Below are positions 18,383 to 27,738 of a stretch of 62,953 nucleotides of DNA, one piece after another. Numbering within the stretch: position 1 is the stretch's first letter; each line of letters begins with the position of its first letter. A program made the translations under genes and the position numbers. Source of the DNA: Armatimonadia bacterium (lineage in GTDB: Bacteria; Armatimonadota; Zipacnadia; Zipacnadales; UBA11051); assembly GCA_039683575.1 (NCBI GenBank), contig JBDKRC010000044.1, forward strand, positions 1-62,953, read 5' to 3'. Below the pieces are notes generated by a model. The model was not told the origin of the DNA and did no database searches. It was given only the letters and a program-made list of their open reading frames with translations.

Positions 18383-20050
18383 CTACCCCAGGATTGCCTT
18401 GAGGTCCTCTTCTGGCGTCGTGATCGGCGCGAGACCGAAGTTCTCCACCAGCACGTTCAGCACGGGCTCGGTGATGAAGGCCGGCAGGCTTGGCCCGAGG
18501 CGGATGTTCTTGACGCCCAGGTGCAGCAGCGTCAGCAGGATGCAGACCGCCTTCTGCTCGTACCATGACAGAATCAGCGACAGTGGCAGGCTGTTGATGT
18601 CGGTCTCGAACGCGTCAGCCAGCGCCAGCGCGATCTTGATGGCCGAGTAGCTGTCATTGCACTGGCCGATGTCGAGCAGCCGGGGGATGCCGCCGATGTC
18701 GCCGAAGTCGAGCTTGTTGAACCGGTACTTGCCGCACGCCAGCGTCAGGATCACGCAGTCATCCGGGACCTGCTGGGCGAGTTCGGTGTAGTAGTTGCGG
18801 CCCGGTTTGGCGCCGTCGCAGCCACCGATCAGGAAGAAGTGGCGGATCTTGCCGGCTTTGACCGCGTCAACGACCGCGCCCGCTACGCCGAGGACCGCAG
18901 CATGGCCGAAGCCCGTCAGGATGGTCTTGTCTTCGCCGTCTTCAGCGAAGCCGGGGGCGGCCAGGGCCGCCTCGATGACTGGGCCGAAGTCCTTCTGGCC
19001 CGCAGGCGGCGCCGGGATGTGCATGACGCCGGGCCACGCGACGAGACCGGTGCTGAAGATGCGGCCCAGGTATGTCTCCTTGGGCTTCTGGATGCAGTTG
19101 GTGGTCATCAGGATCGCGCCGGGGAATTCGTCGAACTCCTTGCGCTGATCCTGCCACGCCCCGCCGTAGTTGCCCACGAGGTGTGCGAACTTCTTCAGTT
19201 CAGGGTAGCCGTGCGCCGGTAGCATCTCGCCGTGGGTGTAGACATTGATACCCTTGCCCTCGGTCTGCTGCAGGAGTTCGTACAGGTCCTTGAGGTCGTG
19301 GCCGGAGACGAGGATCGCCTTGCCCTTGACGGGGGTTATGCGGACCGGCGTGGGCGTCGGGTTGCCATAGGCGCCGGTGTTGGCGGTGTCGAGCAGCTCC
19401 ATGACCTTGAAGTTGACCTCGCCGCACTTGAGCGACTGCCCCACGAGCGCGTTGACATCGTCGGCGCCCTCGGCCAGGAAGTTCAGGGCCTCGTGGAAGT
19501 AGGCGTACACGCTGTCGTCTTCCTGGCCCAGGATCGCGGCATGGTCGGCATAGGCCGCGGTACCCTTGAGACCGTAGGTGAGAAGCTGCTGCAGGCCGCT
19601 GACCGTATCGCCGAACTTCTCCGTGTACTTCTCGATGGTCTCGCCCTCGCCCTGGGCGATCAGGTCGTTGAGGTCGGCGGCGGGCTGCCAGACGGCAGCT
19701 TCCTTGAGGGCGGCGCTGTCGTCCACACTCTGCCCCGCGGCCGCGGCGGCGTCCTCGTACAGCTTCTTGGCCTTGTCCCGGACCTTGCCCGCCTTGGCGA
19801 GCAACGCCTGGAGGCGCTCCGGGTCGAAGTTCACGTTAGTGACGGTGGTGAAGAGCGCCTCGACTACGAAACGGTCCACCTCCGCGTCCTTGGCTCCGAG
19901 CTTGCGCGCCCGGTGCGCAAACATCGCGATCGCCTTGGCGGCATACATGAGCAGATCCTGCAAGGCAGCAGTCTCCGGGTCCTTGCCGCACACCCCAAAG
20001 CTGACACATCCGGTCCCCTTCGCTGTCTGTTCACACTGGTAGCAAAACAT
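18383..20050 (-). CDS. hcp: Hybrid cluster protein (hydroxylamine/NO reductase)
   Basis: [15 protein letters not shown]...[36 protein letters not shown]. Confidence 0.97.
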   Translation of the reverse strand: MFCYQCEQTAKGTGCVSFGVCGKDPETAALQDLLMYAAKAIAMFAHRARKLGAKDAEVDRFVVEALFTTVTNVNFDPERLQALLAKAGKVRDKAKKLYEDAAAAAGQSVDDSAALKEAAVWQPAADLNDLIAQGEGETIEKYTEKFGDTVSGLQQLLTYGLKGTAAYADHAAILGQEDDSVYAYFHEALNFLAEGADDVNALVGQSLKCGEVNFKVMELLDTANTGAYGNPTPTPVRITPVKGKAILVSGHDLKDLYELLQQTEGKGINVYTHGEMLPAHGYPELKKFAHLVGNYGGAWQDQRKEFDEFPGAILMTTNCIQKPKETYLGRIFSTGLVAWPGVMHIPAPPAGQKDFGPVIEAALAAPGFAEDGEDKTILTGFGHAAVLGVAGAVVDAVKAGKIRHFFLIGGCDGAKPGRNYYTELAQQVPDDCVILTLACGKYRFNKLDFGDIGGIPRLLDIGQCNDSYSAIKIALALADAFETDINSLPLSLILSWYEQKAVCILLTLLHLGVKNIRLGPSLPAFITEPVLNVLVENFGLAPITTPEEDLKAILG

Positions 20051-20116
20051 TGTCTGACCCCTTTCCACGGTTCGTTCCACTATCTCTGGGCCGGCTGAAG
20101 CGCGGCCCCTCCGTCC

Positions 20117-20443
20117 CTAGATGCAGACTACATCGGCGTCGCCGGCGGCTTCGTAGAAATCGGCAAAGTGGCCGATGGTGACGCCGTCAATCATCTTGTC
20201 GGTCATGTCGCGGGCCTCCTGCGAACACTCGCAGACGGTTACCTTGACGCCCTGTTCCTTCATTGCGCGCTCGATCTTCTCCGCGTTCTCCGTGCCGCGC
20301 AGCAGGAAGAACACTCCGTTCTCGCAAAAGTGCAGCGCCGTGACCTTGCGGCCGTGAATCCCCGCCGCCACGGTGTTGAGCAGGCACCCGCCCACTAACT
20401 CGCGGGTCGCTGCTCCGGTGATGATGTACGCTACCTCTCTCAT
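20117..20443 (-). CDS. DsrE-family protein
   Basis: ALHFCENGVFFL...VCECSQEAR...ADVVCI pattern. Confidence 0.7.
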   Translation of the reverse strand: MREVAYIITGAATRELVGGCLLNTVAAGIHGRKVTALHFCENGVFFLLRGTENAEKIERAMKEQGVKVTVCECSQEARDMTDKMIDGVTIGHFADFYEAAGDADVVCI

Positions 20444-20530
20444 TGAGACCCCTTCCTTCCATCCGGTTCTATACCCCGCGCCTGCGCGGGAAGTCGGTTG
20501 GGACCGCTGTCCCTCCCGTAGATGCTGATG

Positions 20531-21067
20531 TCAGTGCGCCCGGGCCCCCGCCAGCTCGTGCGCCAACTCGTGGTACCGCTCGTGTACGCCCTCGCCAATC
20601 TCTTTCCTCTCCACCCTCTCGAACTCCGCCGTGAGAAACTGCTGGTCACTCTCGCCAAGAAGCTGGTCCGCCAGCGGGAAGAGCACGTTGTTCTCCTTGC
20701 CGATGTGGGCCCGCAGCAGGTCAACGAACGCCGCCAGATGCTCCGCAATCGCGTCCTCGTTATCTTCCTCAGCCTGTTCGAGGGCCGCGGCTATGGCTCG
20801 CACGTGGCCCCGCCCCTCCTCGTGCTCATCAAGCATTACTGCGATGGGCCCTTCCTCTAGCGGCAGCCCCCGCTCGACCAGTGTCGGAAACAGGTAGCCC
20901 TCTTCCTTGGCATGATGGCACTTGTCCACGAAACCGCGGAAGAAATCCACCATCTGGCTCACCCGCTGCCTGTCGCATGCCCCCTGCCGGGTGGCCTCGT
21001 TCTCGGCCGCGTCGAGGACCAGGAGGATGATGTCATGTTCATGTCTGAGCGTCTCTGTTGCCTTCAT
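20531..21067 (-). CDS. Hemerythrin (HHE) domain protein
   Basis: LRHEH, CHHAKEEGYLFP, MLDEHEEGR, HIGKENNVLFP. Confidence 0.9.
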   Translation of the reverse strand: MKATETLRHEHDIILLVLDAAENEATRQGACDRQRVSQMVDFFRGFVDKCHHAKEEGYLFPTLVERGLPLEEGPIAVMLDEHEEGRGHVRAIAAALEQAEEDNEDAIAEHLAAFVDLLRAHIGKENNVLFPLADQLLGESDQQFLTAEFERVERKEIGEGVHERYHELAHELAGARAH

Positions 21068-21099
21068 TTCGGCCACCACCTTTTCGCTACGGCCCTGTG

Positions 21100-21420
21100 T
21101 TACTTGAAGCTCTTCGGATGCGGCGTCTTGAGCACCAGGAAGGCCGAGGCGGCCATCGAGCGGTTGCTCACATCCATCGTCGTATCATACGGAACGCTGA
21201 TCGCCTCACCGGGCTCCGCCGTCACTTCCTCCTCCCCCGTCTGGACGGTTACTACCCCATGCAGCGGCACGATGAGCACGTTCGAGTTCGAATTGTGCGT
21301 CGGCAGCGAATGTCCGCCGCTCAGCCGTATTCGCATGATCTGGATGTCATCCGTCTCGTAGACCGACTGCCGGTCCGCTTCATCGCCGAGGTGCAGGTTG
21401 ACCACGTTCAAGACTGCCAT
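21100..21420 (-). CDS. Cupin domain protein
   Basis: LSGGHSLPTHNS...LHGVVTV...PGEAISVP; AGGAG SD before ATG 21420. Confidence 0.8.
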   Translation of the reverse strand: MAVLNVVNLHLGDEADRQSVYETDDIQIMRIRLSGGHSLPTHNSNSNVLIVPLHGVVTVQTGEEEVTAEPGEAISVPYDTTMDVSNRSMAASAFLVLKTPHPKSFK

Positions 21421-21430
21421 GATGTCTCTC

Positions 21431-22030
21431 CTAGTGCTCGTGTATGGCTGCCGGAGCTTCGCCATGAGCGCCTGCGGTCTCGGCGGCTAGCTTGTACAGC
21501 GCTTCGGCATAGTGTGTGAAGTCAACGTAGGCCTCTACATACTCCCGGCCGGCCTCAATGCTGTGTCCTGCATGCTCCCGGGTCTCCCGGGCGCGGGTGA
21601 ACCGCCGGTGCAATCCCGCCTGCGCTTCCTGGCAAATTATCTTCGTCAGCGCCTCGTCCGAACCGCTCTGCAGGGCCGTGTCTGCCGCAGCCACTGCCGG
21701 GTCTATGGGCGTCCCAGCGGGCTTCAGGCCGGTATACGGGGCGCCCTCGCCTGCCCTGTGGATGCGCACCAGCGTCTCGAAGAGGTACATGTCCGCCAGA
21801 TCCCGCGCCTCCGGGCCGAGCTTGCGCACCGCCAGCGTCTTCTCAAAGATCTCTCTGATCGTCGCTTCGTCCTCAGCGCGCACCCACTTGAGAAGTGGGG
21901 TAACATCGCCCTTGGTCAGGGCCTGCCGCGCCTCGGCTACCACCGGGCCGTCCATCGTGTCACAATGTGCCAGCGCCAGCGCGGGCGCACCTACCAGGAT
22001 CACCAGACTGAACAACATTGCCTTACCCAT
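21431..22030 (-). CDS. Secreted DUF6448-like protein
   Basis: Signal peptide, then HCDTMDGPVV; FETLVRIHRAGEGAPYTGLKP. Confidence 0.75.
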   Translation of the reverse strand: MGKAMLFSLVILVGAPALALAHCDTMDGPVVAEARQALTKGDVTPLLKWVRAEDEATIREIFEKTLAVRKLGPEARDLADMYLFETLVRIHRAGEGAPYTGLKPAGTPIDPAVAAADTALQSGSDEALTKIICQEAQAGLHRRFTRARETREHAGHSIEAGREYVEAYVDFTHYAEALYKLAAETAGAHGEAPAAIHEH

Positions 22031-22054
22031 CTCCCACCTCCAACCTCTTATTAG

Positions 22055-22438
22055 CTAGCCGTGAATGAGTGCCGGCAAACAGCGCACGCACACCCACTGG
22101 CTCTTGCCCTCGTGCCGGCACGGGAACAACACCGCCGCCCGCTCATCGGAGCCGCACCGGAAGCACTGCTCCTCCAGGAACTGCTCCCCGCGCTCCTGAG
22201 CCTTCTCATGGGCCGCCTCGGGGCTGAACTCCTCCGCCTCGCGCTGCTCGATCTCCAGCGCGCCGGTTGGGCAAACCCCCAGACAGAAGCCTGCGCCGTC
22301 GCAAAGCTCTTCCTTCACAACTTTCGCCTTGCCGTCCACAATCTCAATCGCGCCCTCAGCGCAGGGTCTCACACAGGCCCCACAGCCGGTGCACTTCTCC
22401 TCATCTATCTTCACAATATTGCGTGTCCGCTTTGCCAT
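22055..22438 (-). CDS. 4Fe-4S ferredoxin with C-terminal CxxC pair
   Basis: CTGCGACVRPC; CDGAGFCLGVCP; CFRC and CVRC. Confidence 0.9.
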   Translation of the reverse strand: MAKRTRNIVKIDEEKCTGCGACVRPCAEGAIEIVDGKAKVVKEELCDGAGFCLGVCPTGALEIEQREAEEFSPEAAHEKAQERGEQFLEEQCFRCGSDERAAVLFPCRHEGKSQWVCVRCLPALIHG

Positions 22439-22491
22439 GATAGGCCTCTCTCTCTCGGTCCTCTCTGGTCCCTGAACCCTGAACCCTGCCT

Positions 22492-23115
22492 CTATATCTT
22501 CAGCTCTGCCGGAATGTGCGCCAGGCGGTCCACCTTCTTCGGCTTATACTCAAACACCCGGTGCAGCGTTTCGCAGATCTCGTCGATGACCTCATCGCGG
22601 CTGCTCTTGATCATGCCGCGGTCCATGAAGAAAATAGTCCGCAGGAGCATGCCGATCATAATCGCGGCCCCGAGGTGCGCGTCGATTACCCGCAGTTCCT
22701 TGTCGCGGATGCCCTGGTCGATGACCTGGACGAAGACATCCTTGGGCAGCGGCTGATCGGGTCGCAGGCCACCCACGTTGTCATGATGGCGGGCCATGAC
22801 GTACTCGTATGCCTCGGGGCTGTCCTGGGCGAACTGGAAAAAGGCCCGTGCGAGCGCGCACAGCCGCTTGTGCGAGCCGTGTACGTCCGCCACCGAGGCT
22901 GCCAGCGCCTCGTACAGGCTCTTGGCGCACTCCCCGAACAGCGACTGTGCCAGTTGTTCCTTGCTCTCAAAGTGCCGGTACAGCGCCCCCTCTGTGACCC
23001 CCGCCTCCTGGGCGATATCGCGGATCGTCGTGGCCTTGATGCCCCTGTCTGCAAACAGCCGCAGGGCGGCTGCGATCATGTCCTTCCGCTTGCTATGTGG
23101 TCGTGTGGCGTTCAT
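22492..23115 (-). CDS. TetR/AcrR-family transcriptional regulator
   Basis: AALRLFADRGIKATTIRDIAQEAGVTEGALYRHFESKEQL. Start placed at ATG 23115, downstream of the promoter. Confidence 0.92.
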   Translation of the reverse strand: MNATRPHSKRKDMIAAALRLFADRGIKATTIRDIAQEAGVTEGALYRHFESKEQLAQSLFGECAKSLYEALAASVADVHGSHKRLCALARAFFQFAQDSPEAYEYVMARHHDNVGGLRPDQPLPKDVFVQVIDQGIRDKELRVIDAHLGAAIMIGMLLRTIFFMDRGMIKSSRDEVIDEICETLHRVFEYKPKKVDRLAHIPAELKI

Positions 23116-23140
23116 TGTGTGCTCTTGGACGGCATGGATA

Positions 23141-23158
23141 AGTAAGTGTTCACTCACT
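23141..23158. promoter_or_regulatory. Putative TetR operator palindrome
   Basis: AGTAAGTG-TT-CACTCACT (one mismatch), overlapping the -10/+1 region. Confidence 0.7.
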
Positions 23159-23184
23159 ATAATGAAACATGGTTACGGTGTCAA
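23156..23184 (-). promoter_or_regulatory. Sigma70-type promoter of the tetR-hcp operon
   Basis: TTGACA-N17-TATAGT. Confidence 0.85.
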
Positions 23185-23332
23185 GCCTTTCTGGCAAAAA
23201 ACTTCACAGGTTTTTTCTGACGTTCCTCGCCCCCCAAAGGGACAGTAGGTGATGAAGAAGATGCCTGGCGGCTCAGCCGCCGTAACGCGCGTCGTGCAGG
23301 TCCCCTCTCCCCCCTCGCGGAAACCTCATTTC

Positions 23333-23360
23333 GGAAACCACACGGCAACCCCAGACGTTC
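23333..23360 (+). promoter_or_regulatory. Possible ECF-sigma promoter upstream of the nucleotidyltransferase
   Basis: GGAAAC-N17-CGTT; motif match only. Confidence 0.3.
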
Positions 23361-23397
23361 TTGAAGATGAGCAATATCGATGAGGGAGGCGAGTGGG

Positions 23398-24144
23398 ATG
23401 AAGGGTGTAATCCTGGTAGGCGGGCTGGGCACGCGCCTGGCTCCGATGACGAAGGTCACGAACAAGCACCTGCTGCCTGTGGGCTGCTTCCCGATGGTCT
23501 ACTACCCCCTGCACGCGCTGGTAGAGGCCGGGATTGACGAGGTCATACTCATTACTGGCGGCAACAGCCCCGGGGCCTTCCTGGAGCTTCTGCACGACGG
23601 CAGCGAGTTCGGCCTCAAGACCCTGTACTACGCCTACCAGTTCGCCCCGCGCGGCATCGCCGATGCCCTGCGTCTCGCGGAGGCCTTTGTGGATCGCGAC
23701 GATTGCGTGGTAATGCTGGGGGATAATGTCGTGGATGCCTCATTGCGGCCGTTTGTGGAAGGTTTTCGTAACCAGGGCGGCGGGGCCCGCATCCTGCTCA
23801 CTGAGGTGCCTGATCCGGAGCGTTTCGGCGTACCGCAATTTGATGACCAAAAGCGCATCACGCGCCTGATCGAAAAGCCTCTCGAGCCCCCGTCGAACTA
23901 CGCGGTCATCGGCGTCTACGCCTACGACCGCCAGCTATGGGACATCCTCCCGGCGCTGCAGCTTTCCGAGCGCGGACAATACGAGATCACCGACGTCAAT
24001 AACCTCTACCTGCAGTCGGGCAAGCTCCACTACGACATCTTTGAGGGCAAGTGGTCCGACGCAGGCACGCCGCAGAGTCTCTACCGCGCCAGCCAGATCG
24101 CCTGGCAGAGCACGTTCCTGCCGTGTCCGGTGGTCAAGGATTGA
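23398..24144 (+). CDS. Sugar-phosphate nucleotidyltransferase (RmlA/SpsI-like)
   Basis: MKGVILVGGLGTRLAPMTKVTNKHLLPV; IEKP; SERGQYEITD; WSDAGT. Confidence 0.9.
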   Translation: MKGVILVGGLGTRLAPMTKVTNKHLLPVGCFPMVYYPLHALVEAGIDEVILITGGNSPGAFLELLHDGSEFGLKTLYYAYQFAPRGIADALRLAEAFVDRDDCVVMLGDNVVDASLRPFVEGFRNQGGGARILLTEVPDPERFGVPQFDDQKRITRLIEKPLEPPSNYAVIGVYAYDRQLWDILPALQLSERGQYEITDVNNLYLQSGKLHYDIFEGKWSDAGTPQSLYRASQIAWQSTFLPCPVVKD

Positions 24145-24205
24145 CCACAAGGTCAAAGATTGACCACCGGGTCAAGGATTGACCACCGGGTCAAGGATTG
24201 ACCAC
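24132..24205. repeat. Four tandem 19-bp units, each a palindrome GGTCAA-NNN-TTGACC
   Basis: Units start at 24132, 24151, 24170 and 24189; the first contains the stop codon of the upstream gene. Confidence 0.95.
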
Positions 24206-24243
24206 ACTGGACCTGACAACCTAACTCATACACGGAGACCCTC

Positions 24244-24840
24244 TTGAAGAAGAAGTGGCAGCTTGCGGCAACGATCATCGGACTGCTCATCATTGTCGTC
24301 GGCATGAATACCGTCGCTGACATGCAGCGGCAGAAGGCAGCGAAACTGGCCAAAGAGGCCGAGAAGGCCCGCACGGAGGCGGAGATAGCAGCCTCCGAGG
24401 CTCACGCCAAGCCCGAGGCGGGCGACAAGAAGTCCACCGAGAGCGTGTTCGCGCTCCCGGCCGCCTCCGGCCCAAAGACCGCGCCTGTGAAGCTCGAGGT
24501 CTTCGTCAACAACTCCAATACCTGCCACCAGGTGAACGTGACCGAGATCGGTGATCTCGGCAAGGCTTACGGGAATCTGCTGCGGATGGAGTGGCAGAGC
24601 ATGATCGACCCCAAAGTCGCCAAGCGCTCTGACATGAAGCAGATCGGCTGTGACGCCGGGCTGTTGCTCAACGGCAAGATTGAGCACAAGATCGACAGGC
24701 TCGGTGGCAAGCACATCGTGAGTTTCCGGGGCCCGGTCGGCGACAAGTACAAGATTGCAGACCTGTACGCGGCGATCAACCAGGAACTCAAGGCAAAAGG
24801 CAAGCCGGTCCCCGCGGCGGCCAAAGAGCGGGCCAAGTAG
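24244..24840 (+). CDS. Membrane-anchored hypothetical protein, possibly thioredoxin-like fold
   Basis: N-terminal TM helix, coiled linker, SGPKTAPVKLEVFVNNSNTCH; TTG start after GGAG. Confidence 0.7.
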   Translation: MKKKWQLAATIIGLLIIVVGMNTVADMQRQKAAKLAKEAEKARTEAEIAASEAHAKPEAGDKKSTESVFALPAASGPKTAPVKLEVFVNNSNTCHQVNVTEIGDLGKAYGNLLRMEWQSMIDPKVAKRSDMKQIGCDAGLLLNGKIEHKIDRLGGKHIVSFRGPVGDKYKIADLYAAINQELKAKGKPVPAAAKERAK

Positions 24841-24857
24841 GCGCCTTTTCCACGCAC

Positions 24858-24893
24858 AAAAAAGCGACAGGCCGAGATCTCGGCCTGTCGCTT
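24858..24893. terminator. Intrinsic terminator between convergent genes
   Basis: Perfect 32-bp palindrome AAGCGACAGGCCGAGATCTCGGCCTGTCGCTT with an A-run (U tract on the minus strand). Confidence 0.85.
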
Positions 24894-24915
24894 GCTTATC
24901 CAATGATTGTCGTCG

Positions 24916-25608
24916 TCACACAGCGCAGAGCTTGTAACCAAAGGCCCGTACCGTCCGCACCCGCTCGGGCTTGCGCGGGTCCTTCTCGATCTTGCTGCGC
25001 AAGTTTGCCACATGAACCTCGACCAGATGCGTATCGTACTGGTCATAGCCCCACACCGCACGCAGCAGTTCCTCGCGGCTGAAGACCTTCCCCGGACGCT
25101 CCGCGAGCGTCTTCAGCAGCGTGAACTCGGTCTTGGTCAGTAGCACGATCTCCCCGTCCACCATTACCTCGGCGGCTTCCATGTTGATCTCGAGACCACC
25201 GCACTTGAGCTTGCCGTCGCTGTCGGGCAGGCCGACACCGGGGCCGCTGCGCCGCAAGACCGCCTTCACGCGCGCCACCAGCTCATCGAGGCTGCAGGGC
25301 TTGGTGATGTAGTCGTCAGCGCCCAGTTCGAGGCCGACGATACGGTTTACCTCTTCGCCCATGGCGGTGAGCATGATAATCGGCACGCGCGACTTGCGCC
25401 GGATCTGCTGACAGATCGTCATGCCATCAATGTCGGGCAGCCGCAAATCGAGTAGAATCAGGTCGGGGCTAGCCTCTTCAATGAGCTTAAAGGCTTCCTT
25501 GCCACTAGCTGCGCTGATGGCCTTGAAGCTGTGATGGCCGAGCTTCTCACACACCACTTCACGCACGGCCGGCTCATCGTCTACTACCAGCACCAAAGGT
25601 TGTTGCAT
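24916..25608 (-). CDS. OmpR/PhoB-family response regulator
   Basis: VLVVDDE, LILLDLRLP, GADDYITKP; winged helix VEVHVANLRSKIE...TVRAFGY. Confidence 0.95.
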   Translation of the reverse strand: MQQPLVLVVDDEPAVREVVCEKLGHHSFKAISAASGKEAFKLIEEASPDLILLDLRLPDIDGMTICQQIRRKSRVPIIMLTAMGEEVNRIVGLELGADDYITKPCSLDELVARVKAVLRRSGPGVGLPDSDGKLKCGGLEINMEAAEVMVDGEIVLLTKTEFTLLKTLAERPGKVFSREELLRAVWGYDQYDTHLVEVHVANLRSKIEKDPRKPERVRTVRAFGYKLCAV

Positions 25609-25726
25609 GCTCACGTGCCAACTCCATTTCTCGTGTTACCTGTCCTGCCCGGCCCTTTCGCCACGCCGCGAGCCGCGCTGAGCAGGATGACAAGATTAGA
25701 TAGTCATGTAGTAGCTTTATGTTCCG

Positions 25727-26671
25727 CTACTTCATGACCCCGAACAGGTTCTTCATGGACAAGAGACCCGGTCCCATGATGATAACGAACAGTGCCGGGA
25801 AGATGCAGAAGATGAGCGGGAAGAGCATTTTGGTGCCCAGGACCGCCGCCTGCTCCCGAATCTTCATTGATCGCCGGCTGCGAAGACCATCCGCATGCGT
25901 CCGCAGGGCCTTCGCAACACTCACCCCAAGCTCCTCTGCCTGGTATAGCGCCGCCACCAGTGCCGCAAGCTCCTCGACCTGCGCCCGGTCAGCGAGGTCC
26001 TGCCAGGCGTCGCGCCGCCGTTTGCCCAGCCGGATCTCCAGCAGCGCCCGATCAAACTCTTCCGCCAGCGGCCCCTCCTTGCGCTGAACCACCTCCGCCA
26101 GCGCCCCATCGAGTCCCATCCCCGCCTCGGCGCTTACCACCAGCAGGTCCAGTGTATCAGGCAAGACCTTGCGGATCGCGGTCTGTCGAGCCTTGATTTT
26201 GTTCTGCAGCATGTAATCGGGGACCATGCCGCCCATGAAGAGCAGCACCAGCGGCACCATCATCCGCATCATCGGCTGCGCACCGGCCAGCACCTTCGTG
26301 TAGAAGAACACCGCCAGCGCCACGCCTCCCAGCATGCCAATTCCTCGCAGCAACAGGAAGATCGGCTCCGTCAGCCCCGGCGGGTTCCCGGCTGCGTTGA
26401 GCTGCTTGCGTACGGTCTCAATCATCCCCTGCGGCGCGATCCCCAGCAGCCGTTTGTTGATGGTAGTGACTACTGGCTTGACGGCGCGGTCGTAGAACGG
26501 CAACTGCAACTGGCGGGAAACGGCCGACTGCGATATCTCAGCCACCGGCCGCACGGCTTGCAGCGCCTCCACGCGCTCGGCAATCTTGATTTGCCGGTTG
26601 GAGGTCGTCAGCCCCATGATCAGGGCCGCGATGCACACGAACAGCAGAATGACAACGATGATGATCAGCAT
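25727..26671 (-). CDS. tadC: Tad pilus inner-membrane protein TadC
   Basis: LPDTLDLLVVSAEAGMGLD; TKMLFPLIFCIFPALF. Confidence 0.92.
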   Translation of the reverse strand: MLIIIVVILLFVCIAALIMGLTTSNRQIKIAERVEALQAVRPVAEISQSAVSRQLQLPFYDRAVKPVVTTINKRLLGIAPQGMIETVRKQLNAAGNPPGLTEPIFLLLRGIGMLGGVALAVFFYTKVLAGAQPMMRMMVPLVLLFMGGMVPDYMLQNKIKARQTAIRKVLPDTLDLLVVSAEAGMGLDGALAEVVQRKEGPLAEEFDRALLEIRLGKRRRDAWQDLADRAQVEELAALVAALYQAEELGVSVAKALRTHADGLRSRRSMKIREQAAVLGTKMLFPLIFCIFPALFVIIMGPGLLSMKNLFGVMK

Positions 26672-26727
26672 GGTATACCTGCGGCTAAATGGGCACGTAG
26701 GGGCGCACCGTGGTGCGCCCGAATCAC

Positions 26728-27696
26728 CTAGATGTCGATCTCCAGCATCTTCTTGATGATGATGATACCCAGCAACATCATCCCGCCGGCAATCCCCAGC
26801 AATATGAGCCCCAGCGGCTCCTTGAACAGGGGCGCGACGTAACCTGGGCTGACGATATTGATCAGGAAGGCCATCCCAAAGGGCAGCCCGCCGAGGATCA
26901 CCGCGGACATCCGGCCTTCCGCTGTGGCCGCCGCGATCTCGCCCGCCAGTCGTACCCGCTCCCGGATCATACCCGAGATGTTGTCCATGACTTCGGCGAG
27001 GTTACCGCCAATCGAGAGCTGGGTCTGCACCGCCGACACGATCAGCTCCAGGTCATAGTTCCCGGTGCGGTCCAGAATGTGGTCCAGCGACTTGTCCAGC
27101 GACTGCCCGAGCCGCACCTCGTCAATGGCTCGCTCAAACTCTTCGGTGATCGGCGGGCTCATCTGCGTCACGACCACCTGCAAGCCCCTCAGAAACGAGT
27201 GGCCTGACCGCAGTGACGACGAGAGCAGGTCCAGCGCGTCAGGCAATTGGTTACTGATCCGCCGCTGCCGCTGCCCCTGCTTGGACTTCATATGCATGTA
27301 CGGTGCTGCCGCCCCCACACCAAGCAGCGCAATGGCGAAAAACCAGGCGTGTCCGAGTTGCAGTCCGACGAAGCCGCCGGTAAACGCACAGATCCCGGAG
27401 ATGATCAGGAACTCAGACGGCCGCAGCAGCATTCCAGCGCGCAGCAACTCGGTCTGCAGCACCTTGCCAAAGTCGCTGCGCTGCAAGATACCTGTCAAGA
27501 GCGGCGCCGGATCCGGAACAGATTCCTTCCTGCTCTTCTTGATCGTCGGCTTGAACTGCGGCCTGCCCTCCTTGAGCTCCTGCAGACGCCGCTGCCGGTC
27601 ACCGTGCGCCGACAGCACCGCGGTAAACAGCACCATGATGCCGCCCGACACGCCCAGGAAAGCCAATACAATCATTGCCACAGTTGCGATAGGCAA
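26728..27696 (-). CDS. tadB: Tad pilus inner-membrane protein TadB
   Basis: QLPDALDLLSSSLRSGHSF; GGNLAEV; TAEGRMSA. Confidence 0.92.
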   Translation of the reverse strand: MPIATVAMIVLAFLGVSGGIMVLFTAVLSAHGDRQRRLQELKEGRPQFKPTIKKSRKESVPDPAPLLTGILQRSDFGKVLQTELLRAGMLLRPSEFLIISGICAFTGGFVGLQLGHAWFFAIALLGVGAAAPYMHMKSKQGQRQRRISNQLPDALDLLSSSLRSGHSFLRGLQVVVTQMSPPITEEFERAIDEVRLGQSLDKSLDHILDRTGNYDLELIVSAVQTQLSIGGNLAEVMDNISGMIRERVRLAGEIAAATAEGRMSAVILGGLPFGMAFLINIVSPGYVAPLFKEPLGLILLGIAGGMMLLGIIIIKKMLEIDI

Positions 27697-27738
27697 AGTG
27701 CGACTCCATACTCTCGCGGGTGAACTCTCCCGCCGGGA

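Noticed and set aside
24132-24205. 19-bp array as CRISPR
   Set aside because: The units are contiguous with only 4-nt linkers and no spacers.
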